Shown: one piece after another, positions 8,015 through 18,369 of the stretch
Numbering within the stretch: the first letter of the stretch is position 1
Layout of the letters: each line of letters opens with the position of its first letter
Source: an uncultured Syntrophobacteraceae bacterium
GTDB lineage: Bacteria; Desulfobacterota; Binatia; UBA9968
Assembly: GCA_964572145.1 (NCBI GenBank)
Contig: CAZNES010000011.1
Span: 8,687 to 72,686 of the forward strand
Length of the DNA: 64,000 nt
Reading direction: 5' to 3'
Program-made: the position numbers and the translations under genes
Notes under the pieces: model-generated
What the model was told of the DNA's origin: nothing
Seen by the model: only the letters and a program-made list of their open reading frames with translations
Databases searched by the model: none

Positions 8015-9646
8015 TCAACGGCGAATTTCCAGCGGCAGGATTTTCCCTCGCGGGCTGACGTAGGGGATCTCGCGCTTGATTCGGAGCGTGCCGGCGTCTT
8101 GCCAGATCCGGCTCATGAAACGATTGCTCCACGGGCCGGCCGACAAACCCTCTTGCAGCCGAGCCAGCAGCTTGGCTTCGTCGACGCTTCCCACTTGCGG
8201 GTGAACCACCAGCGTCAAGCGAGTCTGTCCGTTCCTGTCCTCCTCCTCGACGAGCTGGTAATCGCCGGGGCCGCCGCCGAACTCGGAAGGAAAGACTCTT
8301 TCCACGAGATCGAAGAGATCGACGTAGAAATAGTTCATGCCCTCACTAGTAAACTTCTCGAAGCTCCGGATGTGGTGCAGATGCAGCGTGAGCCCGGCGT
8401 CTTCCAACTCACAGCCGCAATTTCTCTTTTCCAGCGTCGCGTAATCTCCATTCTCGACGTTGAGGAGCATCCGCGGAGCTTCGGCATAAAGGCTCGTGCA
8501 GAGAAGAGGATGGATCGGCGGGCCGGCGGCGGCTAAAGACATGGGCCGAGGAATGATCGCAAGCGCGTGCTGATTGACGTGGACTTCGTCCCGGTGGCGC
8601 GGCCGGGCGCAGCCGAATCCGGCCGTGACGCCGCCGCCGTAGCTATACCGTGAAGTGAAGCTCGCGCCTGCCCGTCGGATCGCCTCTTCCTTCGCTTCGG
8701 TGAAAGGCTCGCCGGCGACGTTGAACTTGGTCCCTTCGAGCGAGACTCCCATTTCCGACGCGGTGCGCGCGATGCGCGCCGCGCTGCTCGCAATAGTGAT
8801 GATGTAGCAATTTCTCTTTCCGCGCTTCTCTTCTTCTATCCAGCGAACAATCGACCCCATGTCCTCGACGTCGATAAAGCGCGGCATGGGAAAACCGGGA
8901 CCGTGCCGTTTGCCGGTGAGCACGACCAGACAGGTCGTGAGATAGTGCGCCATCGCATGGAGCCGGCTCAGCTCCGGACTCCGGCGCGCGAACCAGCGAT
9001 CGGTCGCTTTGCCGAGCCTGGCGTTGACCAGGAGATGGTGCACCGCGCTGCCGGGAAGAATCGCGTCGTAGATCGCGTGAGCATAGGAGAAAAGATCGTG
9101 CGCGGCGAAGAACACGCCGGTTCCGATCGTCCGTATGGCGAGCCAGTCCAAAGGGATGACCGAGCGCACGGGCCGGTTGCGCGTCCCGCTGCTCTGGATG
9201 GTGAATCCGACCGGCAGGTCCGCGCGCGCGAAATCCGCCGGCGTGACGCGGAAACATTCCCGGCCGCGAACGATTTCTTTCTTGCCCTTGAATTCGTCCG
9301 AGGTGAGATAAACCCCGTCCGCCGCGAGCTGCTCCAGAGTTTGCTCGATTCCCCGGCGGCGGACCTGAGTTTGAAGATCGGAAAAATCGCAGCCGGAGTT
9401 TTTGAGAAGCTTCAGGTAAGGGCTGGCCGGACGCTCGTAAATTTGCGTCCGCACCAAATCGAGAAATCTTTCGGACCTCGTCTCCAGAGCCCTTCCGACT
9501 TCCTGCTTGGCGCGGTGAACGGTAATGCGCTCGCGGAGAAACTCACCGACGGCGGCTGAGAGCGCAATTTTCCCTTTGACGTCGAAGTTCCTGAGACCGT
9601 TTTGCAATTCCCGATAGCGCCGGCTCAGCGCTTCCAGTCGAGTCAT
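8015..9646 (-). CDS. ANL-superfamily adenylate-forming enzyme (GH3 / F390-synthetase / PaaK-like)
   Basis: 543 aa. QSSGTRNRPVRSVIP resembles the GH3/PaaK phosphate-binding motif (SSGT..G.PK.IP). The length is typical of bacterial GH3-like proteins. Confidence 0.45.
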   Translation of the reverse strand: MTRLEALSRRYRELQNGLRNFDVKGKIALSAAVGEFLRERITVHRAKQEVGRALETRSERFLDLVRTQIYERPASPYLKLLKNSGCDFSDLQTQVRRRGIEQTLEQLAADGVYLTSDEFKGKKEIVRGRECFRVTPADFARADLPVGFTIQSSGTRNRPVRSVIPLDWLAIRTIGTGVFFAAHDLFSYAHAIYDAILPGSAVHHLLVNARLGKATDRWFARRSPELSRLHAMAHYLTTCLVVLTGKRHGPGFPMPRFIDVEDMGSIVRWIEEEKRGKRNCYIITIASSAARIARTASEMGVSLEGTKFNVAGEPFTEAKEEAIRRAGASFTSRYSYGGGVTAGFGCARPRHRDEVHVNQHALAIIPRPMSLAAAGPPIHPLLCTSLYAEAPRMLLNVENGDYATLEKRNCGCELEDAGLTLHLHHIRSFEKFTSEGMNYFYVDLFDLVERVFPSEFGGGPGDYQLVEEEDRNGQTRLTLVVHPQVGSVDEAKLLARLQEGLSAGPWSNRFMSRIWQDAGTLRIKREIPYVSPRGKILPLEIRR

Positions 9647-9701
9647 AGGCCGAAGTGAAGCCGCTTCCGATCAACCGGCGAGCGACGATCATCATGAAAC
9701 G

Positions 9702-11084
9702 TCAGCGCGCGACCGGCGTGACGAATTCTCCGTCGCCCGGCTTCCCCACCACTTTCCCGTTTTCCATCACCACTTTGCCGCGGACGATAGTATAAATTGG
9801 CGCGCCTTTGACCTTGCGTCCGTGGTAAGGAGTCCAGCCGACTTTGGTGTAAGTCGTTTCATTGGTGATTGTCTCCTCGCGCTCCATGTCGACGATCGTG
9901 ATGTCGGCATCCGACCCGACCTGGATCACGCCTTTGCGCGGATAGACGCCGAAGATGCGCGCGGGATTGTACGAAGTGATGCGCACGAGCTGATCGAGCG
10001 TCAACTTTCCCTGGTTGACCGCGGTCAAAAATAATCTCAGGTAGTCTTGAATCTGGGGCTCGCCGCCAGGCGATTTCCACATGTCTTTCCAGCCGACGTC
10101 TTTTTCTTCCTTGGTGTGCGGCGCGTGGTCGGTGCCGACGACCTCGATTGTCCCATCCTTGATCGCCGTCCAGAGAGCCTCCATATGCTCGTCCGGCACC
10201 CAGAAGCCGAGACAATAAGGCCCCAACTTCTCCACGTTCTCCCAGGTCGCGAGGAAAAGCGCCCAGGGATTCACCTCACCGGTCACGGGCCTTCCTTCTT
10301 CTTTGGCGCGCCGGATCATTTCGATTCCACCAGGCGTGCTCATGTGAAGGATGTGGAGCTTGGTGCCGGTCGATTTTTGAAAACGGATCAGCGTCGCGAT
10401 CGCCGTGTCCCAGATGATGCCGTCGAAGTCGCGGTACGCTTTGCCGTACGCCTGGGGGCTGCGGTCGCCGCGCTCCCAGTAGCGCTGCTCGATCACGTCC
10501 ATCAAATCCTGATCGTGCGGATGGACCATGAGCGGCAGGCCGGTCTTCGCCACGGCTTCGAACGAGCGGAAAAGCTCGCCGTGATTGTGCAGCCCGATGC
10601 CCGGCATGTGCGGATAATCGCGGCCGGTGTCCCGCACCATGAAAATTTTAAACGCGAGGCAGCCTTCTTTGGCGAGTCCGGGAATCTGTTCCGGAACGGT
10701 TCCCGAAGGGTTGTGGTTGAAATCGACGATCGCCTTCTTTTTGTGATCTTCAATCAGGTTCCGATAACGCTCCACGGTCGTGGTCGGCGGATTGACGTTC
10801 GGCATGCCGATCGAGAGCGTCACGCCTCCCGCGGCGGCCGCCATCGTCGCGGTCGTCAAATCTTCCTTATGCGTGAAGCCGGGATCGCGGTGATGCGTAT
10901 GCGTGTCGATCAATCCCGGAATGACTTTCTTTCCTTTCGCGTCGATGACTTTACGCGCTTCTGGAAACGAGGGAGATTGGCCGAGCGCAACGATCTTGCC
11001 CCGGTTGATCGCAATATCGGCAGCGACAAAACCGCCGGGTGTCCATACGTCTCCGTTTTTTACGACGAGATCTACCCGATCCAT
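9702..11084 (-). CDS. cyclic amidohydrolase (dihydropyrimidinase / hydantoinase / allantoinase family)
   Basis: 460 aa. The metal-binding DTHTHH motif and the D-hydantoinase-like length and blocks. Confidence 0.75.
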   Translation of the reverse strand: MDRVDLVVKNGDVWTPGGFVAADIAINRGKIVALGQSPSFPEARKVIDAKGKKVIPGLIDTHTHHRDPGFTHKEDLTTATMAAAAGGVTLSIGMPNVNPPTTTVERYRNLIEDHKKKAIVDFNHNPSGTVPEQIPGLAKEGCLAFKIFMVRDTGRDYPHMPGIGLHNHGELFRSFEAVAKTGLPLMVHPHDQDLMDVIEQRYWERGDRSPQAYGKAYRDFDGIIWDTAIATLIRFQKSTGTKLHILHMSTPGGIEMIRRAKEEGRPVTGEVNPWALFLATWENVEKLGPYCLGFWVPDEHMEALWTAIKDGTIEVVGTDHAPHTKEEKDVGWKDMWKSPGGEPQIQDYLRLFLTAVNQGKLTLDQLVRITSYNPARIFGVYPRKGVIQVGSDADITIVDMEREETITNETTYTKVGWTPYHGRKVKGAPIYTIVRGKVVMENGKVVGKPGDGEFVTPVAR

Positions 11085-11276
11085 AAGGTTGCTTTCTCCG
11101 TTCGAAAAAAGTTCAAGAAACCTTTATATGATCCGTGTTTACCCCTGTCAACAGAGTGTAAAACACAGAGTGTAAAAATCCGGCTCCGGCAGCCTACGCG
11201 CGGAACTTGACTCTGCTGGGGGAATTTGAAAGTATTCACTCCGACCTCGTCTAACAGGATGAAGGAGGACACCACC

Positions 11277-12287
11277 ATGAGGCAAATACTCGGTTCGTTC
11301 TTTGCCGGGCTGGCACTGCTGGTCTTTGCAGCGGGTCCGAGCTTCGGCCAGGACGCGAAGCTCATCGAGGCGGGCAAAAAAGAAGGGAAAGTCGTCATCT
11401 ACGGCTCGCTTGAATCCGACACTATGGACACCGTGAGCAAGGCATTTCAAAAGAAAACCGGCATCGAGGTCGAGTACTGGAGAGCCTCGGCCACCAAAGT
11501 GATGGACCGGGCCGTGAGCGAGTACCGCGCGGGGAAACCCGGCTTCGACATTATCTTGACCAACGATAATCCCCTGCAGTTGATGCAAAAACAGGGAGTC
11601 TTCGCTAAGTACGACTCTCCGTCCGCCAAAGCTTTTCCGAAAGAAGCGATCGATCCCAATCTGGGCCCCAGATATCGCAACGTCGTGATCGGCGTCGTCT
11701 ACAATAAAAGCATAGTCAGTCCCGCCGACGCGCCGAAATCTCTCGAAGACCTGGTGAACCCTAAATACAAAGGCAAGCTCGTGATGCCGGATCCCACCCA
11801 GCACACGACTACGACACAGTGGGTCGCCAGTCTCGAAAAGCTGATGGGCAAAGAAAAAGCCGAGAAATATATTCGGGATCTCGCCGCCATGAAACCGATC
11901 CTGGTCGAGTCTCTGCTCCCGGCCGCGGAGCGCGTTTCGACGGGAGAGACGCCGATCGCGATCACCTACGTGAAATACGCTTACATCTTCGGTCAAAGAG
12001 GCGCGCCGTTGGATTACGTCCGGTTGGGAAAAATGATGGGTGACGGCCACTATCTGGCATTGGGCAACAAAGCTCCGCACGTCAACGCCGCCAAGACCTT
12101 CATCGACTATTTCCTCGGCGAGGAGAGCATGTCGATCATCGCCAAGATGGGCGAATTCGTCAATCGAAAAGGCGTCTATCCGCCGCTGCCGGATGCCGAT
12201 AAGATCCAGTTCGTCGAGATGTACGATCTCGACGAAAAAGGTTTTGCCGAGAAGAAGAAGGAGTACACTAAAATCTTTCTGCAATAG
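11277..12287 (+). CDS. ABC transporter periplasmic substrate-binding protein (FbpA/ThiB-type, solute-binding family 1)
   Basis: Signal peptide MRQILGSFFAGLALLVFAAGPSFG and SBP-like composition. It is followed by a fused two-domain permease. Confidence 0.7.
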   Translation: MRQILGSFFAGLALLVFAAGPSFGQDAKLIEAGKKEGKVVIYGSLESDTMDTVSKAFQKKTGIEVEYWRASATKVMDRAVSEYRAGKPGFDIILTNDNPLQLMQKQGVFAKYDSPSAKAFPKEAIDPNLGPRYRNVVIGVVYNKSIVSPADAPKSLEDLVNPKYKGKLVMPDPTQHTTTTQWVASLEKLMGKEKAEKYIRDLAAMKPILVESLLPAAERVSTGETPIAITYVKYAYIFGQRGAPLDYVRLGKMMGDGHYLALGNKAPHVNAAKTFIDYFLGEESMSIIAKMGEFVNRKGVYPPLPDADKIQFVEMYDLDEKGFAEKKKEYTKIFLQ

Positions 12288-12299
12288 GACATCAAACCG

Positions 12300-14051
12300 G
12301 TGAACGACAGAACTGCTGCAATCGGGCGGGCGCTCCCGGGTTCCTGGGACCTCGCCCGATTTGCTTTATTCTTTACCCAACCCATCCATCTCGTCTTTAT
12401 CGGCGTCGCCGCCATCATCGGTTTTCTGGCGCTTTATCCGAGCTTTTTTCTCTTATATGGAAGCTTCACCGACGCGCCGCTGGGCGTTCCGGGGCACTTC
12501 ACGCTGCAGAATTATGTCCAGGCCTACTCCGACCCGACCGCTTACCCCCTGATTCTAACTTCGTTTATCTTCGGCATCGGGGCTGCCGGTCTTTCTGTGA
12601 TCCTGGCGCTCACCCTTGCTTGGATCACGATCAGAACCAATGCGCCTTACAGAAGGCTCTTCGAGCTGATCGCCATCGTCCCGAACATCTTGCCGCCTCT
12701 CCTGATCGCAATATCCTGGGTGCTGCTGCTCAACCCAAGCAACGGCTTGATCAACGGGATTCTGGTCCGGCTCCTGGGTCTGGAAAAAGGCCCGTTCAAT
12801 ATCTACTCGCTCCCCGGTCTAATCTTCGTCGAGGGATTGATTCTGACCCCGCTGGCGTTTCTGATTATTTCGGCCGCCCTTAAAGGTATGGATCCATCGC
12901 TGGAGGAATCAGCCAAGACCCTCGGCTCCAGTGAAATGGGAGTCGCCGCGCGGATTACTTTTCCCTTGATGAGGCCGGCGATCTTGGCTGCCGGGACGCT
13001 GAATTTTGTCAGAGCGGTCGAGAGCTTTGACACGCCGGCCATCATCGCGCTGCCGGCAAGGCTCGAGGTCTTCACCACAAAGATCTGGCGCGAGGCGCTG
13101 GGCTCTTTTCCGACAAACCACAACCTGGCGGCCACGTATGGCGTCGGTATCCTAGTCATCGCTCTCCTCTTTGTTTACCTCTACCGCAGATTTACGTCCA
13201 AGGTGGAGAGCTTTTCCACGGTCACGGGCAAGGGTTTCCGGCCGCACGAGATCGATTTGGGCCGGTGGCGCTATCTCGCCTCGGGCACCGCGCTGCTGCT
13301 GCTCACACTCATGGTTATTCTGCCGATTCTGGTCCTGCTGCTGGTATCCGTGCTGCCCTACTATCACGTTCCCACCTGGCAAACGTGGAGCAACTTAACT
13401 TTAAGCCACTTTCGCTTCGTGGTAGAAAACCCGCGCGTCTGGCGGGCTTTCCGCAACAGTATTTTTCTCGCTATCGGCGGCGCCACGATCTGCATGACGC
13501 TTGCGGCTTTGACCGCTTACATCACGATCAGAACCAAGATCGCCGCCCGCGGCCTTCTCGAAGGACTCGTCTTCATTCCATGGGCCTTCCCGGGAACTGC
13601 GCTCGCTCTCGGCCTCCTGTGGGCGTACGTCGATTTTCCAATTCCGATCTACGGGACCATCTGGATCATCATGATCGCCTACATCACCCGCTTTCTCCCC
13701 TATGGACTGAGAGCGGTCAGCAGTACGATCATTCAAATCCACAAAGAGCTCGAAGAGGCGTCCACGGCGTGCGGCGCGGGCTTTTTCGCGACCTTTCGCC
13801 GCATCCTCGTCCCGATGATGCGGCCGGGTATCATGGCCGGCTGGATCATTCTCGCTACGACTTTCATGCGCGAGTTCAGCGCCACCCTGTTTCTTTACAG
13901 CCCCGGCTCTGAAGCTTTGGGGCCTCTGCTTTATTTTCTCTACCTCGACGGCATGCGTGGCCGCGTCGCGGCCATCGGCCTGGTTATTTCTCTGATCTCC
14001 GTTATCCTGATCGCGATCGCGCAGAGACTATCGCGCTGGGACACGGCGTAA
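12300..14051 (+). CDS. ABC transporter permease, fused two-domain (FbpB/ThiP-type)
   Basis: 583 aa and highly hydrophobic, with two tandem permease halves. The coordinate is taken from the ORF track; the first codon is GTG, so the start is alternative. Confidence 0.75.
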   Translation: MNDRTAAIGRALPGSWDLARFALFFTQPIHLVFIGVAAIIGFLALYPSFFLLYGSFTDAPLGVPGHFTLQNYVQAYSDPTAYPLILTSFIFGIGAAGLSVILALTLAWITIRTNAPYRRLFELIAIVPNILPPLLIAISWVLLLNPSNGLINGILVRLLGLEKGPFNIYSLPGLIFVEGLILTPLAFLIISAALKGMDPSLEESAKTLGSSEMGVAARITFPLMRPAILAAGTLNFVRAVESFDTPAIIALPARLEVFTTKIWREALGSFPTNHNLAATYGVGILVIALLFVYLYRRFTSKVESFSTVTGKGFRPHEIDLGRWRYLASGTALLLLTLMVILPILVLLLVSVLPYYHVPTWQTWSNLTLSHFRFVVENPRVWRAFRNSIFLAIGGATICMTLAALTAYITIRTKIAARGLLEGLVFIPWAFPGTALALGLLWAYVDFPIPIYGTIWIIMIAYITRFLPYGLRAVSSTIIQIHKELEEASTACGAGFFATFRRILVPMMRPGIMAGWIILATTFMREFSATLFLYSPGSEALGPLLYFLYLDGMRGRVAAIGLVISLISVILIAIAQRLSRWDTA

Positions 14052-14089
14052 TCGAACATTCCTCAAATCTGAACAACGGGAGCGATATC

Positions 14090-15082
14090 GTGGAAAAATT
14101 GCATTTAACGATTGCGTGCGGCGATTACGACCGGACCAAAGCGCTGCAAACGGGAGCGGTCCAACCGGAAGGCATACAGCTCAACTATCTTCCCCTGCAG
14201 GCGGAAGAGATCTTTTGGCGCATGAGCAATTTTAAGGAGTTCGACGCCTCCGAAATGTCGCTCTCGAATCACATCACGATGGTGAGCCGCGGCAACTCTC
14301 CGTTCGTCGCGATTCCGGTGTTTCCATCGCGTTTCTTCAGGCACTCCTGCGTCTTCATCAACACCGATTCCGGCATTAAGGGACCGCAGGATTTCAAAGG
14401 CAAAAAAATCGGCGCGCCGGAATACTCGATCACCGCGGCGGTGTGGATTCGCGGCTTTCTAGGCGACGACTACGGCGTGAAAGCAAGCGACATGCAGTGG
14501 TTCGTCGGCGGACAGGAAGAAACGGGCAGGAAGGAACGAGTGCGCCTGAGCCTTCCGCCCGAGATCAAAGTGAGCCCGATCGCCGACGACAAAACTCTTA
14601 ACGGTATGCTCGAGAGCGGCGAGATCGACGGCCTGATCTCCGCGCGCAGTCCTTCGTCGTTCGTCAAAGGCTCGCCCAAAGTCCGGCGTTTGTTTCCCAA
14701 CTACAAAGAAGTCGAGATGGATTACTACAAGCGCACCAAAATCTTTCCGATCATGCACGTGCTGATCATTCGGAAAGAAATCTACGATCGCAATCCTTGG
14801 GTAGCGCGAAGCCTCTACAAGGCCTTTTGCGAAGCCAAAGATCGCGCGATCCAGGCGATGCACGTGTCTAATACGTTAGCCTGCACCCTGCCATGGCAGT
14901 TTGCGGAGATGGAGCTGCTCAAATCTCTTTTCGGCGCCGACTGGTGGCCCTACGGCGTCGAGCTCAATCAAAATCTCCTGGAGACATTGATACGCTACAT
15001 GGGCGAGCAGGGCCTCATCGACAGGCCGGTCAAGCTGGAAGAACTGTTTGCACCGAGCATCTCCGGCGAGTTTAAAATCTAG
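14090..15082 (+). CDS. 4,5-dihydroxyphthalate decarboxylase (PhtD/Pht5)-family protein
   Basis: 330 aa. The N-terminal LTIACGDYDRTKAL...EIFWRM..FDASEMSLSNHI pattern is characteristic of the PhtD-like PBP-fold decarboxylase family. A paralog lies at 16987-17964. Confidence 0.55.
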   Translation: MEKLHLTIACGDYDRTKALQTGAVQPEGIQLNYLPLQAEEIFWRMSNFKEFDASEMSLSNHITMVSRGNSPFVAIPVFPSRFFRHSCVFINTDSGIKGPQDFKGKKIGAPEYSITAAVWIRGFLGDDYGVKASDMQWFVGGQEETGRKERVRLSLPPEIKVSPIADDKTLNGMLESGEIDGLISARSPSSFVKGSPKVRRLFPNYKEVEMDYYKRTKIFPIMHVLIIRKEIYDRNPWVARSLYKAFCEAKDRAIQAMHVSNTLACTLPWQFAEMELLKSLFGADWWPYGVELNQNLLETLIRYMGEQGLIDRPVKLEELFAPSISGEFKI

Positions 15083-15083
15083 T

Positions 15084-15500
15084 GTGACCAGACGAGAAAA
15101 ATTATTTGTCCAGTCGGCCAGAATCGCCCGCCTCGCCACCGCCGACGAAAAGGGCCGCCCGCACGTCATTCCGATTTGTTTCGCCCTCGACGGCAAACAA
15201 CTTTTTTCTCCGATCGACGAGAAGCCGAAGAAAGCTGCCCCGCTTCGGTTAAAAAGAATCCGCAACATCCGGGCGAATCCCCACGTTGCCGTTGTCATCG
15301 ACAGGTACGAAGAAAACTGGCAGCGGCTGGCTTACGTGTTGATCACGGGAAGAGCGAAGATTTTGATGAGAGGAGCGAGGCACAAAAGAGCGGTCCGGCT
15401 TCTCAGAAAAAAATATCCGCAGTACCGAAAGATGCGTCTCGAAGGGAGGCCGATTATCCGGATCATTCCCACGGGCTACAAGTGCTGGGGAAATTTATGA
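15084..15500 (+). CDS. PPOX-class (pyridoxamine-5'-phosphate-oxidase-like) probable F420/FMN-binding protein
   Basis: GTG start directly after the phtD-like stop. ARLATADEKGRPHVIPICFALDGKQLF is the PPOX split-barrel N-terminal signature. Confidence 0.6.
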   Translation: MTRREKLFVQSARIARLATADEKGRPHVIPICFALDGKQLFSPIDEKPKKAAPLRLKRIRNIRANPHVAVVIDRYEENWQRLAYVLITGRAKILMRGARHKRAVRLLRKKYPQYRKMRLEGRPIIRIIPTGYKCWGNL

Positions 15501-15586
15501 GTCCCTTTGGTTCGATATTCTGATTTTGTTTTACTTAATATAAATGTATTTGACATCTTTGTGCAGATTATGGTATTTCTGAGCAC

Positions 15587-15994
15587 ATGAAAACACAATT
15601 TTGCACGCTTTTAGCGTGTACGCTCGTTTTTGTCCTCCTATTGGCCCCCGTCGGTTTGCGGGCCGGCGACCAGCCGGAGCAGCAATCTCCGACCAAGGAA
15701 GTTGGGACTGAGCTGGGCTGGGGCTTCGGCGCCGTCCTCGCCAACATCTTCTACATGCCGACCAAGGTCACGTATGCCGGCCTTGGGCTCCTGACGGGAG
15801 GACTGGGCTATTTGCTGACCGCCGGACGCGGCGACGTCGCCAACGAGATTATCTATCCGGCGGTGAAGGGCACCTACGTCGTGACTCCGAGTCACCTCAA
15901 GGGAGAGCAGCCGGTCGTTTTCATCGGCTCGTCTCCTGAGGAGCCGAAGGCCCAACAGCCGCAGCAGGTCTCGGCCGCCCCTCAGCAGCGTTAG
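15587..15994 (+). CDS. hypothetical exported/membrane protein
   Basis: 135 aa with a signal peptide and a Gly-rich hydrophobic core. No family recognised. Confidence 0.4.
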   Translation: MKTQFCTLLACTLVFVLLLAPVGLRAGDQPEQQSPTKEVGTELGWGFGAVLANIFYMPTKVTYAGLGLLTGGLGYLLTAGRGDVANEIIYPAVKGTYVVTPSHLKGEQPVVFIGSSPEEPKAQQPQQVSAAPQQR

Positions 15995-16764
15995 CCGCCG
16001 AAGCAAACGCCGCGCTTGGAAGATTTGACGAACTCCAGAAGTGAAAGCACTTCCGGAGCCAGGTCATTTTTTAACTCGAGCTCGCGAATAGCCAGGCTAA
16101 GATTTCGTCCTTTGCGAAAAAGGACGCGGAAGGCATCTTTCAGCGCGCGGATTTTCCGCTCATCGAATCCGGCGCGTTTCATTCCCACAGTATTCACACC
16201 GCGCACCGTGTGCTGCCAATCCACGATCGAGTAAGGAGGAACGTCTCGGCTGACGCCGCTGAGCCCGCGCATCAGCGATAGCTCGCCCACGCGCACGAAC
16301 TGGTGCACGACGCAGTTGCCGGAGATAAACGCGCTATCGCCTACCCCGACGTGTCCCGCCAGCAAAGCGCCGTTGGCGATGACGATGTGATCGCCGAGAC
16401 GACAGTTATGACCGACGTGCGAGGTCGCCATGAGATAATTGTCATCGCCGATAATGGTTGAAGAGCCTGGCGTCGTTCCGCGATGAACCTGAACAAGCTC
16501 GCGGAAAACGTTGTGGCTGCCGATTTTAAGATAAGTCTCCGCGCCGGAGTAGGCCTTGTCCTGCGGCGCGCCGCCCAAAATCGAGCCGGGATGAATTTCG
16601 TTCTCTTCCCCTATTTCGGTCCAGCCCACGATCGTCGCGTGCGCCAGCACGCGCGTGCCCTGCCGGATCTTGACCGGTCCTTCGACAACGACATAGGGGC
16701 CGATTTCGCATTCGGGATGGATCTCCGCCTGAGAATCAATAATAGCCGTCGGGTGAATGCTCAT
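15991..16764 (-). CDS. lpxA: acyl-ACP--UDP-N-acetylglucosamine O-acyltransferase
   Basis: 257 aa. Left-handed beta-helix hexapeptide repeats and the LpxA C-terminal helical domain. Confidence 0.85.
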   Translation of the reverse strand: MSIHPTAIIDSQAEIHPECEIGPYVVVEGPVKIRQGTRVLAHATIVGWTEIGEENEIHPGSILGGAPQDKAYSGAETYLKIGSHNVFRELVQVHRGTTPGSSTIIGDDNYLMATSHVGHNCRLGDHIVIANGALLAGHVGVGDSAFISGNCVVHQFVRVGELSLMRGLSGVSRDVPPYSIVDWQHTVRGVNTVGMKRAGFDERKIRALKDAFRVLFRKGRNLSLAIRELELKNDLAPEVLSLLEFVKSSKRGVCFGG

Positions 16765-16778
16765 GAAGTTAATCCTTG

Positions 16779-16976
16779 CTAGCGAGATTCGTCGTCGTCA
16801 TCGTCGTCTTCTAATTTGTCTTCGGGTTCAATTTTTTTTCCCGGAATGCGATAACGCCCTCCGGCCCAAGCGCCGAGATCCATCAGCCTGCAGCGTTCGG
16901 AACAAAACGGGCGGTGTGGATTTTCCTCTCATGGAACTTCGGTTCGACACATCGGGCAGCGAACCACGAGCGGCAT
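16779..16976 (-). pseudogene. yacG: yacG-like (DNA gyrase inhibitor zinc-ribbon) ORF with an in-frame TGA
   Basis: The rc reads [47 protein letters not shown].... The YacG CPxC...FRPFCS.RC..DLG.W motif is intact. The TGA at 16929-16931 is in frame and replaces the conserved Trp. Confidence 0.55.
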
Positions 16977-16986
16977 AACAACATCC

Positions 16987-17964
16987 TTACGTATCTAAAG
17001 TCGCAGGCGCGAAGAGATCTTCGACAGCCGGCATTTTCTCCATCAGCCCCTGATCCAGAGAGTAGCCCATAAACCGCTCGATATTAGCGCGGTTCTTCCC
17101 AACGCCGTACGGCCACGGGTCGTCGCCCAGCAAATGTCTCTCCTCCTCGAAGAGATGGCGCCCCCAGGCGAGACGCGACCAGTTCGGATCGTCGTAATAG
17201 CGCCGGCAAACTTCCTTGGCCTTCTCGAATGCGTCCATCATACCCCGCGCGAGCCACGGATTTTGTTTGAGCACTTCATCCTTGAACGCCACCACGTGCA
17301 TGATGGGAAAAAATCTGTTCTTGCGAAAATAGTTTAACTCTTCCTGCTTGGCGTTGGAAAAGAGCCGGCGGATCTTCCCCGAGCCTCGCAACACTTCTTT
17401 CGGCGGGTGCGGCATGAACAGCGCGTCGATCTCGCCCGCTTCCAGCAAGCTCCCGATCTTTTTCCCCGCCGGGACGAGCCGAATCTTCACGCCCTCCTGA
17501 GGCTTGAACGGAACCGTCTCTTCCTTGGCGACGACCCACTCGATCTTGCGCCAGTCCACGTCGTATTCGGACTGCAAATCTCCCTTGGCCAGAACGGAAA
17601 GCGTCGTTTGATACGTGCTGAGTCCGACTTTACGGTCGATGAGATCTTTCGGAGAGTCGATGCCGGCCCCGGCGCGCACCCACATTTGCGACATGCTGAA
17701 AAGGCGGCGCGGAAAAACCGGGATAGCGGTAAAAGGCATGCTGCGGCTCTTGGCCATGAGATAGGAGGAAAGGGAAAGCTCGCAGATATCGAACTCCCCT
17801 TTCTGGAGCATTCTTTCATGGCGATCGACGCCGTGTTTTAACGGCTCCGATTGCCCGACCAGCAGCACGTTCAAATCCGCGCCATCGAGTGAAACAGCGC
17901 CGTCGAAAAAAGGAAAATGGCGGTCGTAATGAGACAGCGCCATCTTGAGCTTGAGCTTGGCCAT
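16987..17964 (-). CDS. 4,5-dihydroxyphthalate decarboxylase (PhtD)-family protein, paralog 2
   Basis: 325 aa. LKMALSHYDRHFPFFDG...FDICELSLSSYL parallels the 14090-15082 product. Confidence 0.55.
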   Translation of the reverse strand: MAKLKLKMALSHYDRHFPFFDGAVSLDGADLNVLLVGQSEPLKHGVDRHERMLQKGEFDICELSLSSYLMAKSRSMPFTAIPVFPRRLFSMSQMWVRAGAGIDSPKDLIDRKVGLSTYQTTLSVLAKGDLQSEYDVDWRKIEWVVAKEETVPFKPQEGVKIRLVPAGKKIGSLLEAGEIDALFMPHPPKEVLRGSGKIRRLFSNAKQEELNYFRKNRFFPIMHVVAFKDEVLKQNPWLARGMMDAFEKAKEVCRRYYDDPNWSRLAWGRHLFEEERHLLGDDPWPYGVGKNRANIERFMGYSLDQGLMEKMPAVEDLFAPATLDT

Positions 17965-17979
17965 GTGTCCTTCCCGCGC

Positions 17980-18369
17980 TTACTTGATCGGCTGATATTC
18001 CATGAAGCCGTGGACCGAAAGGTCGATCAGATTTCCTTCCGGGTCGGAGACCCGCATCTCCGCAAACGGAGTGCCCTCCGGACGCTTCTTGATTTTTTTC
18101 TCCGGCTGCTGCTTCTTCACGCGCTCCAGCGTTTCGTTCATATCGTCGATCTGAACGCCGAAATGATAGAGACCGTTCGGGCTCTGCTGCGCCGAGTTGT
18201 CGAGAATGGCGAGCTCAAAGTAGCCGTCGGTAAGATGCACGGTCTTTCCCGTGGGATGCCTGGGATGCGATCCTCGATGGAGATACTCGAAGCCGAAAAC
18301 TTCTTTGTAGAAAGCAGCCAGCTTCTCCGGATTTTCGGTTCGAATTGCCAGATGGCGTATCCGTGCCAT
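17980..18369 (-). CDS. VOC / glyoxalase-family protein
   Basis: Start at MARIRHLAIRTENPEKLAAFYKEVFGF, the glyoxalase/bleomycin-resistance fold signature. The upstream extension of the track ORF is not used. Confidence 0.65.
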   Translation of the reverse strand: MARIRHLAIRTENPEKLAAFYKEVFGFEYLHRGSHPRHPTGKTVHLTDGYFELAILDNSAQQSPNGLYHFGVQIDDMNETLERVKKQQPEKKIKKRPEGTPFAEMRVSDPEGNLIDLSVHGFMEYQPIK

